A DNA stretch of 64,000 bases from a virus. Its lineage: Duplodnaviria; Heunggongvirae; Uroviricota; Caudoviricetes. The stretch covers positions 160,001-224,000 of IMG/VR virus record IMGVR_UViG_3300002834_000024. One strand, given 5' to 3'. The translations under genes were made by a program, and so were the position numbers. Below, in pieces: positions 23,601-32,017 of the stretch. Numbering within the stretch: position 1 is the stretch's first letter; every line of letters begins with the position of its first letter. Below the pieces are notes generated by a model. The model made no database searches and was not told where the DNA came from. It saw nothing but the letters and a program-made list of their open reading frames with translations.

Positions 23601-26600
23601 ATAGGTGCAACAGTTAGTTATACTACTACATGTATAATTTCATCAATAACAGTTACAAATGGTGGTTCAAATTATTCAAACAATCCGACAATAACAATTA
23701 CTGATCCAACAGGTTCAGATGCAACAGCTACAGCAACAGTTAATACAGGTATTTCTTCAATAACAATATTAAGTTCTGGAAATGGTTATACTTCGCCAAG
23801 TATTTCAATTTCAGATTCAACAGGAACGGGTGCAAGAGCGCAGTTAAGAACATCATTTAGTATTATAGCAGTAAATGTATTAGCACCTGGTAATAATTAT
23901 ACATCACCAACAGTAATAATCACCGATCCAACAGGAACAGGTGCAACAGCCACAGCAACGGTTAATACATCAATATCATCTATTGTTATAACTAATCCTG
24001 GTTCTGGCTATACCAATGCAACAGTAACAATCACTGATCCAACAGGTACAGGTGCAATTGCAGAAGCATTAGTTGGTAACAGTGTTTCTAAAATAATTGT
24101 TATGGATGGTGGAAGTGGGTACTCAAATCCTCAAATAGTTATTACAGATCCAACTGGTTCTGGTGCAACAGCCGAAGCAGTATTAGGTAATAATGGCACA
24201 ATTACAAGCATATTTGTAAGAAATCATGGTATTGGTTATTCAAACCCAATAGTAGAAATTGTTGAACTTGATCCATACAACAGAGCATCAGCAATTGCAA
24301 CAGCTGATAGTAGTATTGAATCAATTACATTAACAAATGGTGGTTCAAGTTATATTAATCCTATTGTAATAATCAAAGATACTTGTGGAGGTGGTGGTGT
24401 TGGCGCAGTAGCTGAATATGAATTATCTAATGGTGTCATTACAAATTTAATTTTGGTATCTGGTGGTTCTGGATATAGAACTGGTTGTGTTGTAGTTGAA
24501 ATAAAAGATGAAGTTGTTTGTCAAGCACATACATTTACAATAAATTATCTTTATAATGATCATAATGGGGAACCTTGTGATTTAATTAAAACAGAAGTAG
24601 AAGTTGATGGTGGAACAATGTTTTCGGAAGGGACTTTAACCAATCCAAGCATTTCATTTCATATAAGACCAAAACTTTATTATGTTGAAGATTTTTTTAA
24701 TAACTTAAATGATTTTCAAAGAGTAATATTAAATAGATATACAATACCTATTTACACATCAATATTTCGTGTACCTATTCCAAATGAAATGGGTGATTAT
24801 GTTGGTATTTGGGGGGAACTTAAATATAGCTGGCCAATGCCTGATGGATGGAATTTAGATATTCAAACAAATGCCTTTAATGATTATGTTTCTAATTTAT
24901 CTAATATTTCTCAATATCTTGATAATAATGGTGGTAGATGTGATAATTTGTATCGGATGCTTACACATGAATCTTTAAAAAATCTTGACTGGTCATTCCA
25001 AAGAATTGAAGATGATAAATTAGCCGAAGCACACATGCTTGGTGAAAGTAAATTTAAAAAGATGATGCGTGTTTATGGTCGTCAATATGATGAAGTTAAA
25101 AAATATATTCATGGTATTGAATTAATGAACAATTTATCATATAATGAAAGGGATAATTATCCAGATGCAATGTTGAAAACGAATGTTGAATACTTTGGAT
25201 GGAAAGCATTATCACTTGAAAATAAACATAACATAGGAAATTCAAGTGGTCAATTATATTATGGGTGGACGGAAGATTATAATTCACATAATTTAGAATT
25301 GGAGTTTTATAGACGTTTATTATTAAATTCTGCTCATTTATCCAAATGGAAAGGAACCAAACATGGTTTAGAAATGATTATGAACTTATTTGGAATTGAC
25401 CGTAGAAATTGGGAAATTAAAGAATATGTTTATGTTGCTACTGGTAGTAATTTTATGTCCACAGATAAAAACTATATGTTTAGTAACAACAGACCAGCAA
25501 CAACAGTATTAGATGGGTATTTTTATAGGGTTGCCACTGGAGTAGTAACTTATAATGGTAGAACATATTATCCTGGACAAGGGTTTTCTGGCTGTCCAAA
25601 TGGTGGTGCAGCCACAGGGGGAACATTTTATATTGATGAGGTTGAAAGTATTGCTTATCTAAATTCAAAACGTGAATATACATTGAGGGGAGAAATTTTC
25701 TTTCATGGGGAATTAACACAAGAAAATGAGAATGAATATAATGACCCAGATGATTTACATGATTTGTGTATTGAACGATGGTATTATGGAGATTTTAAAG
25801 TTTGTCCAATTTGTGGACCTTATAATCCAGCAACAGGATTAGGTGGTGGTATTATTTCATCAGCTGGTTCTGGTAGAACAATTTGTCCTCGTTGTCATGG
25901 GACAGGTCAAGTTAGGGATTTTGTAGGTGTTCCTGCATTTAAAGGAAATACAAATATACTTTATTATCAACAAAAAGGAGGATGGTATCAAGATACAATG
26001 ACAACTATTGGACTTGCAAATACAATGACTGATTTGTTTAGAACAAATAGAAATGATTTACAAGAAGGTATGGTATATTTTGTAAAATCTGATGGAATAA
26101 TAGGTTCAACGCATTATTGGGTATTAGTTGATTTAAACAATTGGTCATCATTAAAAGGTTGGCATCCTGTAACCCAATCAGAAATGGGTGGATTTTCGTT
26201 TGTTGGTGCTGTTTCAAAAGACCATATTAGTGTTAATATTAATTTAATGTTACAAATACAGGATGAAAATTCTGGTAATAACCCACATACAGGTGGTATT
26301 GATGGTTATGATGATGGTTTGTCGTATTTACAAAATATTGGTAGTCGAATTAAAGATTGTACAGGTACTAATGTAGTATGTCGTTATAATCCTCCTCGTT
26401 CAGCAGTTCTTAATTGTCAAGGATTATTCAAATATGTTTTGGATAATTCACCTGAATGTATATGGTCAGAAACACAGTATTCAAATCTCGAAAATATTGG
26501 ATTTATCATTAATTGTGAATTAGATACCAAAAAATGTTGGGGTGTGTATTCAAATAATGATGATAAATTACATACAGATAATACTTATAACATTTTAGAA

Positions 26601-26894
26601 AAACATAGAAAGGATTTATGGTGTATTCCTACTTGGGATGATGATAATGATCCATCAACTCCTGATAAATGTGATTTTAGATGGTATTCTGAATTAAATA
26701 CAAGAAAAGTTAATTATTCAGTTCAAAATCCTGAACATTATAAAATAATTAATGTTAAAAATATTACATTATCATATTATCTAAATAGTAATCCCAATTA
26801 TTTTGATTATGATGAACAAGAGTTTATCAATTACATATTACCATATATTGAAGATATGATTCCAAGTAATACAATTATTGACCTTCAATACTAA
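17673..26894 (+). CDS. Giant baseplate wedge-like protein (3073 aa) with a long internal beta-repeat array
   Basis: C-terminal FYRRLLLNSAHLSKWKGTKHGLEMIMNLFG resembles the KGT-x-x-G-L motif of P2 gpI/T4 gp7-like wedge proteins; ends YIEDMIPSNT; about 1850 aa of repeats. Confidence 0.7.
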   Translation: MAVYSDLNKVIGRTMYSKRERHQTLGGSALSVIYDTNWSTVQNSAIFNEYGSGVQAGNFQILFNNDGNTGKQYNNGDWIRNKNGDGATYNISVNAYGHILSATPNNNGTDYRVGDRFSVIAGGGIEGLVEISSIGPNGSVIGLIVIEPGRGYPTSTALPLNDDFWSFNELVSDRVSEDTLAKNDDWKLKLDFKNLNSFALYGSLSELIRASFEDIVLKYPASLWMIPTNLSTGLNYELQNPFNIDVFTESMVSDNIRIFIPNYHKYEIVQTHWVECHNLCDNPTQYSKNVLSDCITDISKIDPSYRYVYVKKPAYHNNPPNPNDPFINGFIGVINDPVYADPPGGFTVKNNELIVTSKENLLLNSLNAYYYPVKLLDRIDIETILRNDSPAFATAYPCATCDGQPTVTGSGSGATATVTVSNGGILSIQVVNPGSNYDPVTTQIIINDPTGSGATADPIIDSNGSITSIQLTASGSGYTNPTVTIVDNTNHREGYAVAVMDDGVNVINIINGGSGYTDPQVTITGDGTGATAEARINRGIQSITVTNGGDGYTSPVVSITDSTGTGARGQAILGNGRITQVILTNPGVNYSNSPIITITDPTGVGAVLQANVDRNIQSITVTNNGTGYTSPTVVITDGSGSGATAIANLDCRIDTISIVNPGSGYINPQVVIDDVNGSGAVATAIANRDITAINVTNQGQNYRNPSVVITDSNGLGATANAILGGDGSITSVTIDNPGTGYTNPVATIQDPTGSGAIITVGASRGIDRIIVTNGGDDYTLPTVVITDPTGTGATATAEIDDTITIIEVVNQGSGYTNPQVVITDPTGTGATAIAVSDWGLDTITLTNSGTSYINPQVVITDPTGTGATATAISNTLATVTVTNGGTGYINPTVSLTDSTGSGGVITPIITGGVITGFTVINQGQNYTSPTITIEESRIDSISVTNGTGNYSNPRVSISDPTGTGATAIAIFDGVLNTISTITVTNGGTGYVNPRIIITDPTGTGARASAVITAGVITSINVDRIGNGYTAPTVTIVDEHIDTITITNGGFGYVNPYVTITDTTGTGARITPVITGGVITDLTIDDGGSGYTLPTINIIENRIDSITITNGGSGYSRPTVVITDITGTGATATASQTTGVIDNITLTNSGSGYTSPTISFGDEISSLTIVNGGNGYIAPVLNISDPTGTGATAIATVDGVVGAISTITVTNGGNNYVAPLVRFIDPTGTGASASVTQVGGVITSITVNTRGQGYTSPSIVITDRLSSINLTNGGSGYVSPTVTITDPGGIGTGATATATIDGQPGQIASITLTNGGSGYSRPTVMISDPTGTGAIATAMVSGGVIQSINVTNKGNGYTSPTITIGDSISAINVTNQGNNYSSTARVTITDSTGSGSGAVGVVNVVAGKVIGVSVSSRGQNYINPVVTIVDNMGAGTGATAVAVVGTGATATATIATGAIQTITLNAPGLNYSNPLVTINDTNGSGATATAVIGTGAIFTITTTSGIINTANINNRGVNYTSPTITIGDRLSSITITNGGSGYTSPTVTITDPTGRQSVCVATQVAGVITEIRVVNGGNNFTSPTVTINDPTGTGATATVIVAGTGGIINAVIGTGATATLVIGGTGATATATVAGTGGTATPTLGTGTITSIVVTNGGFGYTAPIVTIMDPTGTGAIATATITGIGATATASVNYGVQSITLINAGKGYTNPKVSIIGQIGTGATATATVNTGITEIIVTNPGSSYTNPTVTVTDPTGSGVVLNIIRGIISITVTNPGSGYTNPQVVITDPTGFGATATAIINSGIDSVSFTPGLGYSNPTIVVSDPNGSGATFIVEINRFIQAINVTNGGSGYLNPIVTINDTNGSGATAEAVVDTTLSSITVLNGGSGYTSPTITIVEDYISEILIVTGGSGYTNPQVVITDPTGTGATANATIGVSGDIETITVTNGGFGYISPTITITDPTGFGALTIASIDGIGATVSYTTTCIISSITVTNGGSNYSNNPTITITDPTGSDATATATVNTGISSITILSSGNGYTSPSISISDSTGTGARAQLRTSFSIIAVNVLAPGNNYTSPTVIITDPTGTGATATATVNTSISSIVITNPGSGYTNATVTITDPTGTGAIAEALVGNSVSKIIVMDGGSGYSNPQIVITDPTGSGATAEAVLGNNGTITSIFVRNHGIGYSNPIVEIVELDPYNRASAIATADSSIESITLTNGGSSYINPIVIIKDTCGGGGVGAVAEYELSNGVITNLILVSGGSGYRTGCVVVEIKDEVVCQAHTFTINYLYNDHNGEPCDLIKTEVEVDGGTMFSEGTLTNPSISFHIRPKLYYVEDFFNNLNDFQRVILNRYTIPIYTSIFRVPIPNEMGDYVGIWGELKYSWPMPDGWNLDIQTNAFNDYVSNLSNISQYLDNNGGRCDNLYRMLTHESLKNLDWSFQRIEDDKLAEAHMLGESKFKKMMRVYGRQYDEVKKYIHGIELMNNLSYNERDNYPDAMLKTNVEYFGWKALSLENKHNIGNSSGQLYYGWTEDYNSHNLELEFYRRLLLNSAHLSKWKGTKHGLEMIMNLFGIDRRNWEIKEYVYVATGSNFMSTDKNYMFSNNRPATTVLDGYFYRVATGVVTYNGRTYYPGQGFSGCPNGGAATGGTFYIDEVESIAYLNSKREYTLRGEIFFHGELTQENENEYNDPDDLHDLCIERWYYGDFKVCPICGPYNPATGLGGGIISSAGSGRTICPRCHGTGQVRDFVGVPAFKGNTNILYYQQKGGWYQDTMTTIGLANTMTDLFRTNRNDLQEGMVYFVKSDGIIGSTHYWVLVDLNNWSSLKGWHPVTQSEMGGFSFVGAVSKDHISVNINLMLQIQDENSGNNPHTGGIDGYDDGLSYLQNIGSRIKDCTGTNVVCRYNPPRSAVLNCQGLFKYVLDNSPECIWSETQYSNLENIGFIINCELDTKKCWGVYSNNDDKLHTDNTYNILEKHRKDLWCIPTWDDDNDPSTPDKCDFRWYSELNTRKVNYSVQNPEHYKIINVKNITLSYYLNSNPNYFDYDEQEFINYILPYIEDMIPSNTIIDLQY
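18891..24480 (+). repeat. Array of 50 degenerate ~37-aa half-repeats (consensus ITSITVTNGGSGYTNPTVTITDPTGTGATATA)
   Basis: Counted directly in the translation; DNA motif gatccaacagg(a/t)acaggtgcaac recurs. Confidence 0.9.
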
Positions 26895-26927
26895 TAATTA
26901 AAGATATTTATAAGAAAAATTAAAGAA

Positions 26928-27488
26928 ATGGAAGTAACAAAAAATCAATTATATTTCCTGATTAAAGAATGTATTCAAGAGGAAATTTTGAAATCTATTG
27001 GAAATAGATTAAATGAAATAGATGCAACTAATTTTTCACAAGGGACACCAAATGTAGAACCAAATGGTTATCAAGTAGGAAATACTTTACTTATGGATGA
27101 TCATTTTAAATTACTTATTATTAGAATACAGGATGGAAAAGTTATTGTTAGAGATAAGAGAGATGATGTATCTGGTTATTCAACACAAGAAATTAATAAT
27201 GATATAGCAACTGGTTTCATTAAAGTATTAGGTGAAAGTAAACAAAGGAAAATAACCGAAAATTTTGATAATTTTAGACCGCAAGGTTATGTTACAATAT
27301 CAAATACAGGAGGGATTGAAGTTGAGGTTGATAACAGGGGCGATGGAGTAAGATATAGATGGGTATTTAGCGATAGTGATGAACAACCTGTTGAAGAATC
27401 TGAAATATTATATGATCCAGACAGTGGTGAACCATATTTTCGTGTTGGTGATATGGAAATTGAACTTGGTGAAGTTATGAAAATATAA
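26928..27488 (+). CDS. Hypothetical protein with L-x-x-L/I-I-K-E N-terminus (putative head-packaged protein)
   Basis: TATTTATAAGAAAA at 26905; N-terminus QLYFLIKECIQEEI. Confidence 0.6.
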   Translation: MEVTKNQLYFLIKECIQEEILKSIGNRLNEIDATNFSQGTPNVEPNGYQVGNTLLMDDHFKLLIIRIQDGKVIVRDKRDDVSGYSTQEINNDIATGFIKVLGESKQRKITENFDNFRPQGYVTISNTGGIEVEVDNRGDGVRYRWVFSDSDEQPVEESEILYDPDSGEPYFRVGDMEIELGEVMKI

Positions 27489-27516
27489 AAATAGTTACAA
27501 ATCTTTAAAAATATAT

Positions 27517-27554
27517 AATATCCTTTATCTTAATGGTAAAGGATATTTTTTTTT
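27517..27554 (+). terminator. Intrinsic terminator ending the structural operon
   Basis: AATATCCTTTA/TAAAGGATATT stem followed by a T run. Confidence 0.75.
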
Positions 27555-27555
27555 A

Positions 27556-27891
27556 ATGTTAGGTTATGTTTATTTAGTGGTTGAATGGGATAAAATTGAA
27601 AAAGACAATAACCCAGTAAAGATTGGGGTTACAACTGGTTCCATTGAAAAGAGAATTAAAAAATTACAAACAGGTAATTCATCAGAATTATATGTTTTGA
27701 AATATTTTAAAAGTATTAAACCATTTACTCTTGAAAAAATGCTACACTTACACTATTTTAAATATAAAGGTATTGGCGAATGGTTTAATTTAACTGATGA
27801 AGAAGTAATGAAATTTGAAAATATCTGTAAAGAAAAAGAAGAAATAATAAAAATACTAAAAGAGAATGAGTATTATGACACAAGATTTTAA
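27556..27891 (+). CDS. GIY-YIG nuclease (T5orf172/Mug113-like)
   Basis: GYVYLV...VKIGVT...IEKRIKKLQTGN...LEKMLH...GEWF. Confidence 0.85.
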   Translation: MLGYVYLVVEWDKIEKDNNPVKIGVTTGSIEKRIKKLQTGNSSELYVLKYFKSIKPFTLEKMLHLHYFKYKGIGEWFNLTDEEVMKFENICKEKEEIIKILKENEYYDTRF

Positions 27892-28666
27892 AATTTATTT
27901 AGGATTAGATATATCAACTACAACAATTGGGATTGCTGTTATAAAACATGTAGATGGTAATCCAAATACAGAATGTGAAATAGTTTTATTAGAAGGATTG
28001 GTTCTTAAAAGCAAAGAATTAAACAAAATTAAAGGAATTGAATCATTGTTTCTAAAGAACAAAATGTTTCGTGAAAAATTACTTCATATTAAAGCAATCA
28101 TTTATCAAACATATCAAAAAGAAATTGATAAAGTAATAATTGAAGAACCTCTATATGGTTCAAACAATATATTAACAGTTGGTATTTTGATGAAATTTAA
28201 TGGAATTATAAGTAATACAGTTTATGAAGAAACTGGTTTGGTTCCAGAATACATATCTTCTTATGACAGTCGAAGTTTTGCATTTCCACAATTACTTGAA
28301 GTTCATGTTTTCAATAAGAAAAATGAAAGACGTGATATAAAAGAAGTAAGAAAAGCACTTAAAAACAATAATCTTGTTTTATTTGGTGGTTATCCATTTC
28401 AAATTGATAAGAAAACTGTTATACACGAATTAATATCAGAGAAATTTCCAAACATAGAATGGTTGTATAACAAAAAGGGTGATTTGGATAAATCCTCTTT
28501 TGATAGTACTGATGCTTTAGCTTGTTTACTTGGTTATATAAACAAAACGCAACATAATGAAACAAAACCTATAATAGTTGATGTGGTTGATACAGGAAAA
28601 GAGATTAAGTACACAACAGCTTTTACTGATAATGACGAAAAATTTATCCACAAGATAACTTTTTAA
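27866..28666 (+). CDS. ruvC: RuvC-like Holliday junction resolvase
   Basis: LGLDISTTTIG, VIIEEP and D-x-x-DA catalytic motifs. Confidence 0.8.
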   Translation: MSIMTQDFKIYLGLDISTTTIGIAVIKHVDGNPNTECEIVLLEGLVLKSKELNKIKGIESLFLKNKMFREKLLHIKAIIYQTYQKEIDKVIIEEPLYGSNNILTVGILMKFNGIISNTVYEETGLVPEYISSYDSRSFAFPQLLEVHVFNKKNERRDIKEVRKALKNNNLVLFGGYPFQIDKKTVIHELISEKFPNIEWLYNKKGDLDKSSFDSTDALACLLGYINKTQHNETKPIIVDVVDTGKEIKYTTAFTDNDEKFIHKITF

Positions 28667-28692
28667 TGTACATGATTTTATTTTTTTTTTTG

Positions 28693-28738
28693 ATGAAATG
28701 TCCGAAATTAAACATATTTTTCGGACATTTTCATTTTT
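28693..28738 (+). terminator. Intrinsic terminator
   Basis: ATGAAATGTCCGAAA/TTTCGGACATTTTCAT stem plus T run. Confidence 0.75.
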
Positions 28739-28781
28739 AACATCCAGTTTTATAGTTTTCTAAATTTTTTTTATATCTTTG
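28737..28781 (+). promoter_or_regulatory. Bipartite promoter TTAACATCCAG-N26-TATCTTTG
   Basis: One of six copies with 26-27 nt spacing; TAnnTTTG is the Bacteroidota -7 box. Confidence 0.75.
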
Positions 28782-28809
28782 TATTTTGAAATTAAATAAT
28801 ATAAGATAT

Positions 28810-29439
28810 ATGAATAAAGATTGGTCTGGAGATACAAATAGTGTTTATAAAATATTAGGTGCTTCTAATCATACTGATAAAGAACGGCAAAATGAAGATT
28901 TTTATGCTACTGAACCAAAAGCATCTGAATTACTTTTAGAAATTGAAGATTTTTCTCAAATTAAAACTATTTGGGATAACAGTTGCGGATCTGGGCATTT
29001 AATGGAAGCATTTGAAAAGAACGGTTTTAATGTTATAGCAACTGATTTGATTGATAGGGGATATGGTCAAGGTAATATTGATTTTCTTAAATTAACACAT
29101 GAAGATGTTAAAAATTGGAATTTTGATGCTATTGTTATGAATCCCCCATATAAGTTTGCTAAAGAATTTGTTGAACATTCAATAAAATTATTACCCGAAC
29201 ATGGAAAGTTATTTGCATTTTTAAAATTAACATTTCTTGAAGGTAAATCACGTAAAAAACTGTTTGAAAAATATCCGCCAAAAAGAATATGGGTTTCTTC
29301 AAGCAGATTGTTATGTGCAAAAAATGCACAATTTCATGATGAGGGGAGTGCTGTTTGTTATTGTTGGATGGTATTTCATTCAAAATCATATTATAGTAGA
29401 ACATCACAATTTAGAACTGAACTTTCTTGGTTTAATTAA
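28810..29439 (+). CDS. DNA N6-adenine methyltransferase
   Basis: EDFYATE, WDNSCGSG (SAM-binding) and MNPPY motifs; ATG 28810 follows the promoter. Confidence 0.85.
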   Translation: MNKDWSGDTNSVYKILGASNHTDKERQNEDFYATEPKASELLLEIEDFSQIKTIWDNSCGSGHLMEAFEKNGFNVIATDLIDRGYGQGNIDFLKLTHEDVKNWNFDAIVMNPPYKFAKEFVEHSIKLLPEHGKLFAFLKLTFLEGKSRKKLFEKYPPKRIWVSSSRLLCAKNAQFHDEGSAVCYCWMVFHSKSYYSRTSQFRTELSWFN

Positions 29440-30404
29440 TGTACGATAAATTATTACATATTTTTGAGGCATTTTTAGGAAATAGTCCAAGGGGTGTATC
29501 TGATCATGGTCAAGTTCAATTCAATTGTCCGTTTTGTGATTCAGGTAAGCCAAATATGGAATGTAATTTCCAAAAAGGTGTTTATAAATCTTGGTGTTGC
29601 CCAGATGAGAGTGGAAAACTATCTAAACTCATAAGAAAATTTGGTAATGAAACATTATTTCAAGAATATGTTAATGAGATTAAGTATATTAGAGAAAGTA
29701 GATTATATCAAATTTTAAATAAAGACAGTTTTCTAGATGAAGATTTTGGTGAAAACTTTTTAACATTACCAAATTGTTGTTCCAAATTAAAATTAAATAA
29801 TTTTAAACATAAATCAGCATTTGATTATTGTAAATCTCGTGGAATAACTGAAAATATAATAAACAAATACAATATTCATTGTACAGATTCTTATTGTAAT
29901 GATTGGAAATACAAAAACCGAATTATTATACCTTCTTATGATAGGTGGAATAATTTGAATTATTGGGTTGGACGAATTTATAAAAAGAATTTATATCAAA
30001 CAAAATATCTAAACCCAACAGACATAAGTAAGAAAAATATTATATTTAATGAAAACTTAATTCAATGGGATGGCGATGTTAGATTGTTAGAAGGTCCATT
30101 CGATCATATTGTAGTGCCAAATTCAACACCAACACTTGGAAAAGTATTAGACACAACATTTTATTTGTATGAGATGTTGATGAAAAAGGCTGTGTCAGTA
30201 ACACTTGTTCCTGATATGGATGCGTTTGATGATTGGTTACAGATTGGTTATATTCTCAACAATGGAAGATTAAAAGGTAAAATAAAAATCTGTATAGGAA
30301 ACATATACAATAAAGATTTGGAAATTACTGATCCATCAAGTGTTTTTGAAAAATTAAATTATAAAGGTATATTTCAACTATTAAATGATACAATAACGTT
30401 ATGA
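29439..30404 (+). CDS. DNA primase (Zn finger plus TOPRIM)
   Basis: CPFC zinc finger, RIIIP, KYLNP, LEGPFD and PDMDA motifs. Confidence 0.85.
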   Translation: MYDKLLHIFEAFLGNSPRGVSDHGQVQFNCPFCDSGKPNMECNFQKGVYKSWCCPDESGKLSKLIRKFGNETLFQEYVNEIKYIRESRLYQILNKDSFLDEDFGENFLTLPNCCSKLKLNNFKHKSAFDYCKSRGITENIINKYNIHCTDSYCNDWKYKNRIIIPSYDRWNNLNYWVGRIYKKNLYQTKYLNPTDISKKNIIFNENLIQWDGDVRLLEGPFDHIVVPNSTPTLGKVLDTTFYLYEMLMKKAVSVTLVPDMDAFDDWLQIGYILNNGRLKGKIKICIGNIYNKDLEITDPSSVFEKLNYKGIFQLLNDTITL

Positions 30405-30844
30405 CAGCAATAAAGCAAGTTAAAGAAGCGTTCAAAGTGATGAAAGAAAGAAATTGGGAAAAGGTTTATTTTTTGTTTGATATTCATGGAACAATAATAA
30501 AACCATCTTATAAAAATCTTTCTGATAATAAGGAAATAGAATTTTATCCATATGCACAAGAAGCATTGGAATTAATTACAAATGATCGTGAAATTGTTAA
30601 TATTTTATGGTCATGTTCACATGATGATGAACTTGATATATACAATCAATTTTTTCACAAACTTAACATAAATTTTAAATACATTAATCATAATCCTGAA
30701 GTCAATAATACCAAATTATCATGTTTTGATAGTAAAATGTATTATTCCGCAGGATTTGACGACAAATTTGGGTTTGATCCATTGACAGATTGGGAAGATA
30801 TGTATAATTACTTTTTTAACAGACAAATTGGTAAAAATTTATGA
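30401..30844 (+). CDS. HAD-superfamily hydrolase
   Basis: FDIHGTI (motif I), LWSCS, K...FDDK motifs. Confidence 0.7.
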   Translation: MTAIKQVKEAFKVMKERNWEKVYFLFDIHGTIIKPSYKNLSDNKEIEFYPYAQEALELITNDREIVNILWSCSHDDELDIYNQFFHKLNINFKYINHNPEVNNTKLSCFDSKMYYSAGFDDKFGFDPLTDWEDMYNYFFNRQIGKNL

Positions 30845-31071
30845 AAAAACTATTTGGTATATTATTAGTATTAGTGTTATTTTCATCATGTGATAGAAAC
30901 TATCAAGAAAAAGAAAAAAAAATAATTTATTCAGGTCATAGATGGGATATAATTAAAATGAACGATTCAATTTATGTTGCATTACCTGGTTTAAATGGTG
31001 ATAAAAAATCAATACCAGTAATTTTTAATATAAACAAGATAGAAGATAATGCAAATATCATTATACAATAA
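30841..31071 (+). CDS. Small lipoprotein
   Basis: MKK plus hydrophobic core and LFSSC lipobox. Confidence 0.65.
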   Translation: MKKLFGILLVLVLFSSCDRNYQEKEKKIIYSGHRWDIIKMNDSIYVALPGLNGDKKSIPVIFNINKIEDNANIIIQ

Positions 31072-32017
31072 AGATTGTTTAGAACAAATGGATTTACTGA
31101 TACATGATGGTGTTATCGTAGATTCAATATTGGTAGATTTACCTTATGGTTCTACATCACAAGTATGGGATGTTATTATTCCGTTTGATGATATGTGGAA
31201 AAGGATTAGACAAATATTAAAACCGAAAGGTGTTGTTTGTATATTTGGTTCAGAACCATTTGCATCATTATTAAGGTATAGTAATCTTGAATGGTTTAAA
31301 TATGATTGGATATGGGAAAAAAATAATGCTGGAAACTTTCAGTTAGTCAATTATCAACCATTAAAAATACATGAAATAATATGTGTGTTTTATAATGATA
31401 CCCCAAATATGGAATTTGCTGATATAATGAAATATCATATGGAAAGATTAAATCTTAAACAAATTGATATTTCACGATTGGAGTTATCACGAAATGGTGG
31501 ATTAACTGGATGGGTAACAAATAAACTTAATGGCTCCCAACTTCCAACAGAACAACAATGGAAAAAAATTTGTAATTTATTCCAAATTGAAAATGAATAC
31601 CATAAAATATTATCTAATGTTAAATCTGTTACATACAATTTAAAATTAGATAATACTCATTTAAGATTATCTAACAAAAATAAAGGGGGTACTCTTGGTC
31701 ATATGTCAAGTGAAAGTAAAAGAGATACCTATATACAAAACAAAACAGGTTATCCAAAGTCAATCCTTAAATTTGATAGGGAAGTTAAATTTCATCCAAC
31801 TCAAAAACCATTAAAATTAATGGAATTTTTAGTTAAAACTTATACAAATGAAAATGATACTGTATTGGATTTTTGTATGGGTTCTGGAACAACAGGTATT
31901 GCTTGTAAAAAACTAAACAGAAATTTTATTGGAATTGAAAATAATTTCAATTATTTTAGAATAGCTGAAAATAGGATTACAGAATATTCGGTATCTGATC
32001 TTCAAAACCAGGTTTAA
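31049..32017 (+). CDS. Beta-class DNA N4/N6 methyltransferase with an inserted HTH-like segment
   Basis: DLPYG, WIWEK, HPTQKP, DFCMGSGTTG motifs. Confidence 0.9.
   Translation: MQISLYNKDCLEQMDLLIHDGVIVDSILVDLPYGSTSQVWDVIIPFDDMWKRIRQILKPKGVVCIFGSEPFASLLRYSNLEWFKYDWIWEKNNAGNFQLVNYQPLKIHEIICVFYNDTPNMEFADIMKYHMERLNLKQIDISRLELSRNGGLTGWVTNKLNGSQLPTEQQWKKICNLFQIENEYHKILSNVKSVTYNLKLDNTHLRLSNKNKGGTLGHMSSESKRDTYIQNKTGYPKSILKFDREVKFHPTQKPLKLMEFLVKTYTNENDTVLDFCMGSGTTGIACKKLNRNFIGIENNFNYFRIAENRITEYSVSDLQNQV

Noticed and set aside
18891-24480. CRISPR array or DNA-level tandem repeat
   Set aside because: Repeats are in frame, degenerate at third positions, have no unique spacers, and there are no cas genes.
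889-25719. Many 60-170 aa antisense or out-of-frame ORFs inside the giant structural genes
   Set aside because: Fully nested in long genes, with biased composition mirroring the sense-strand codons.
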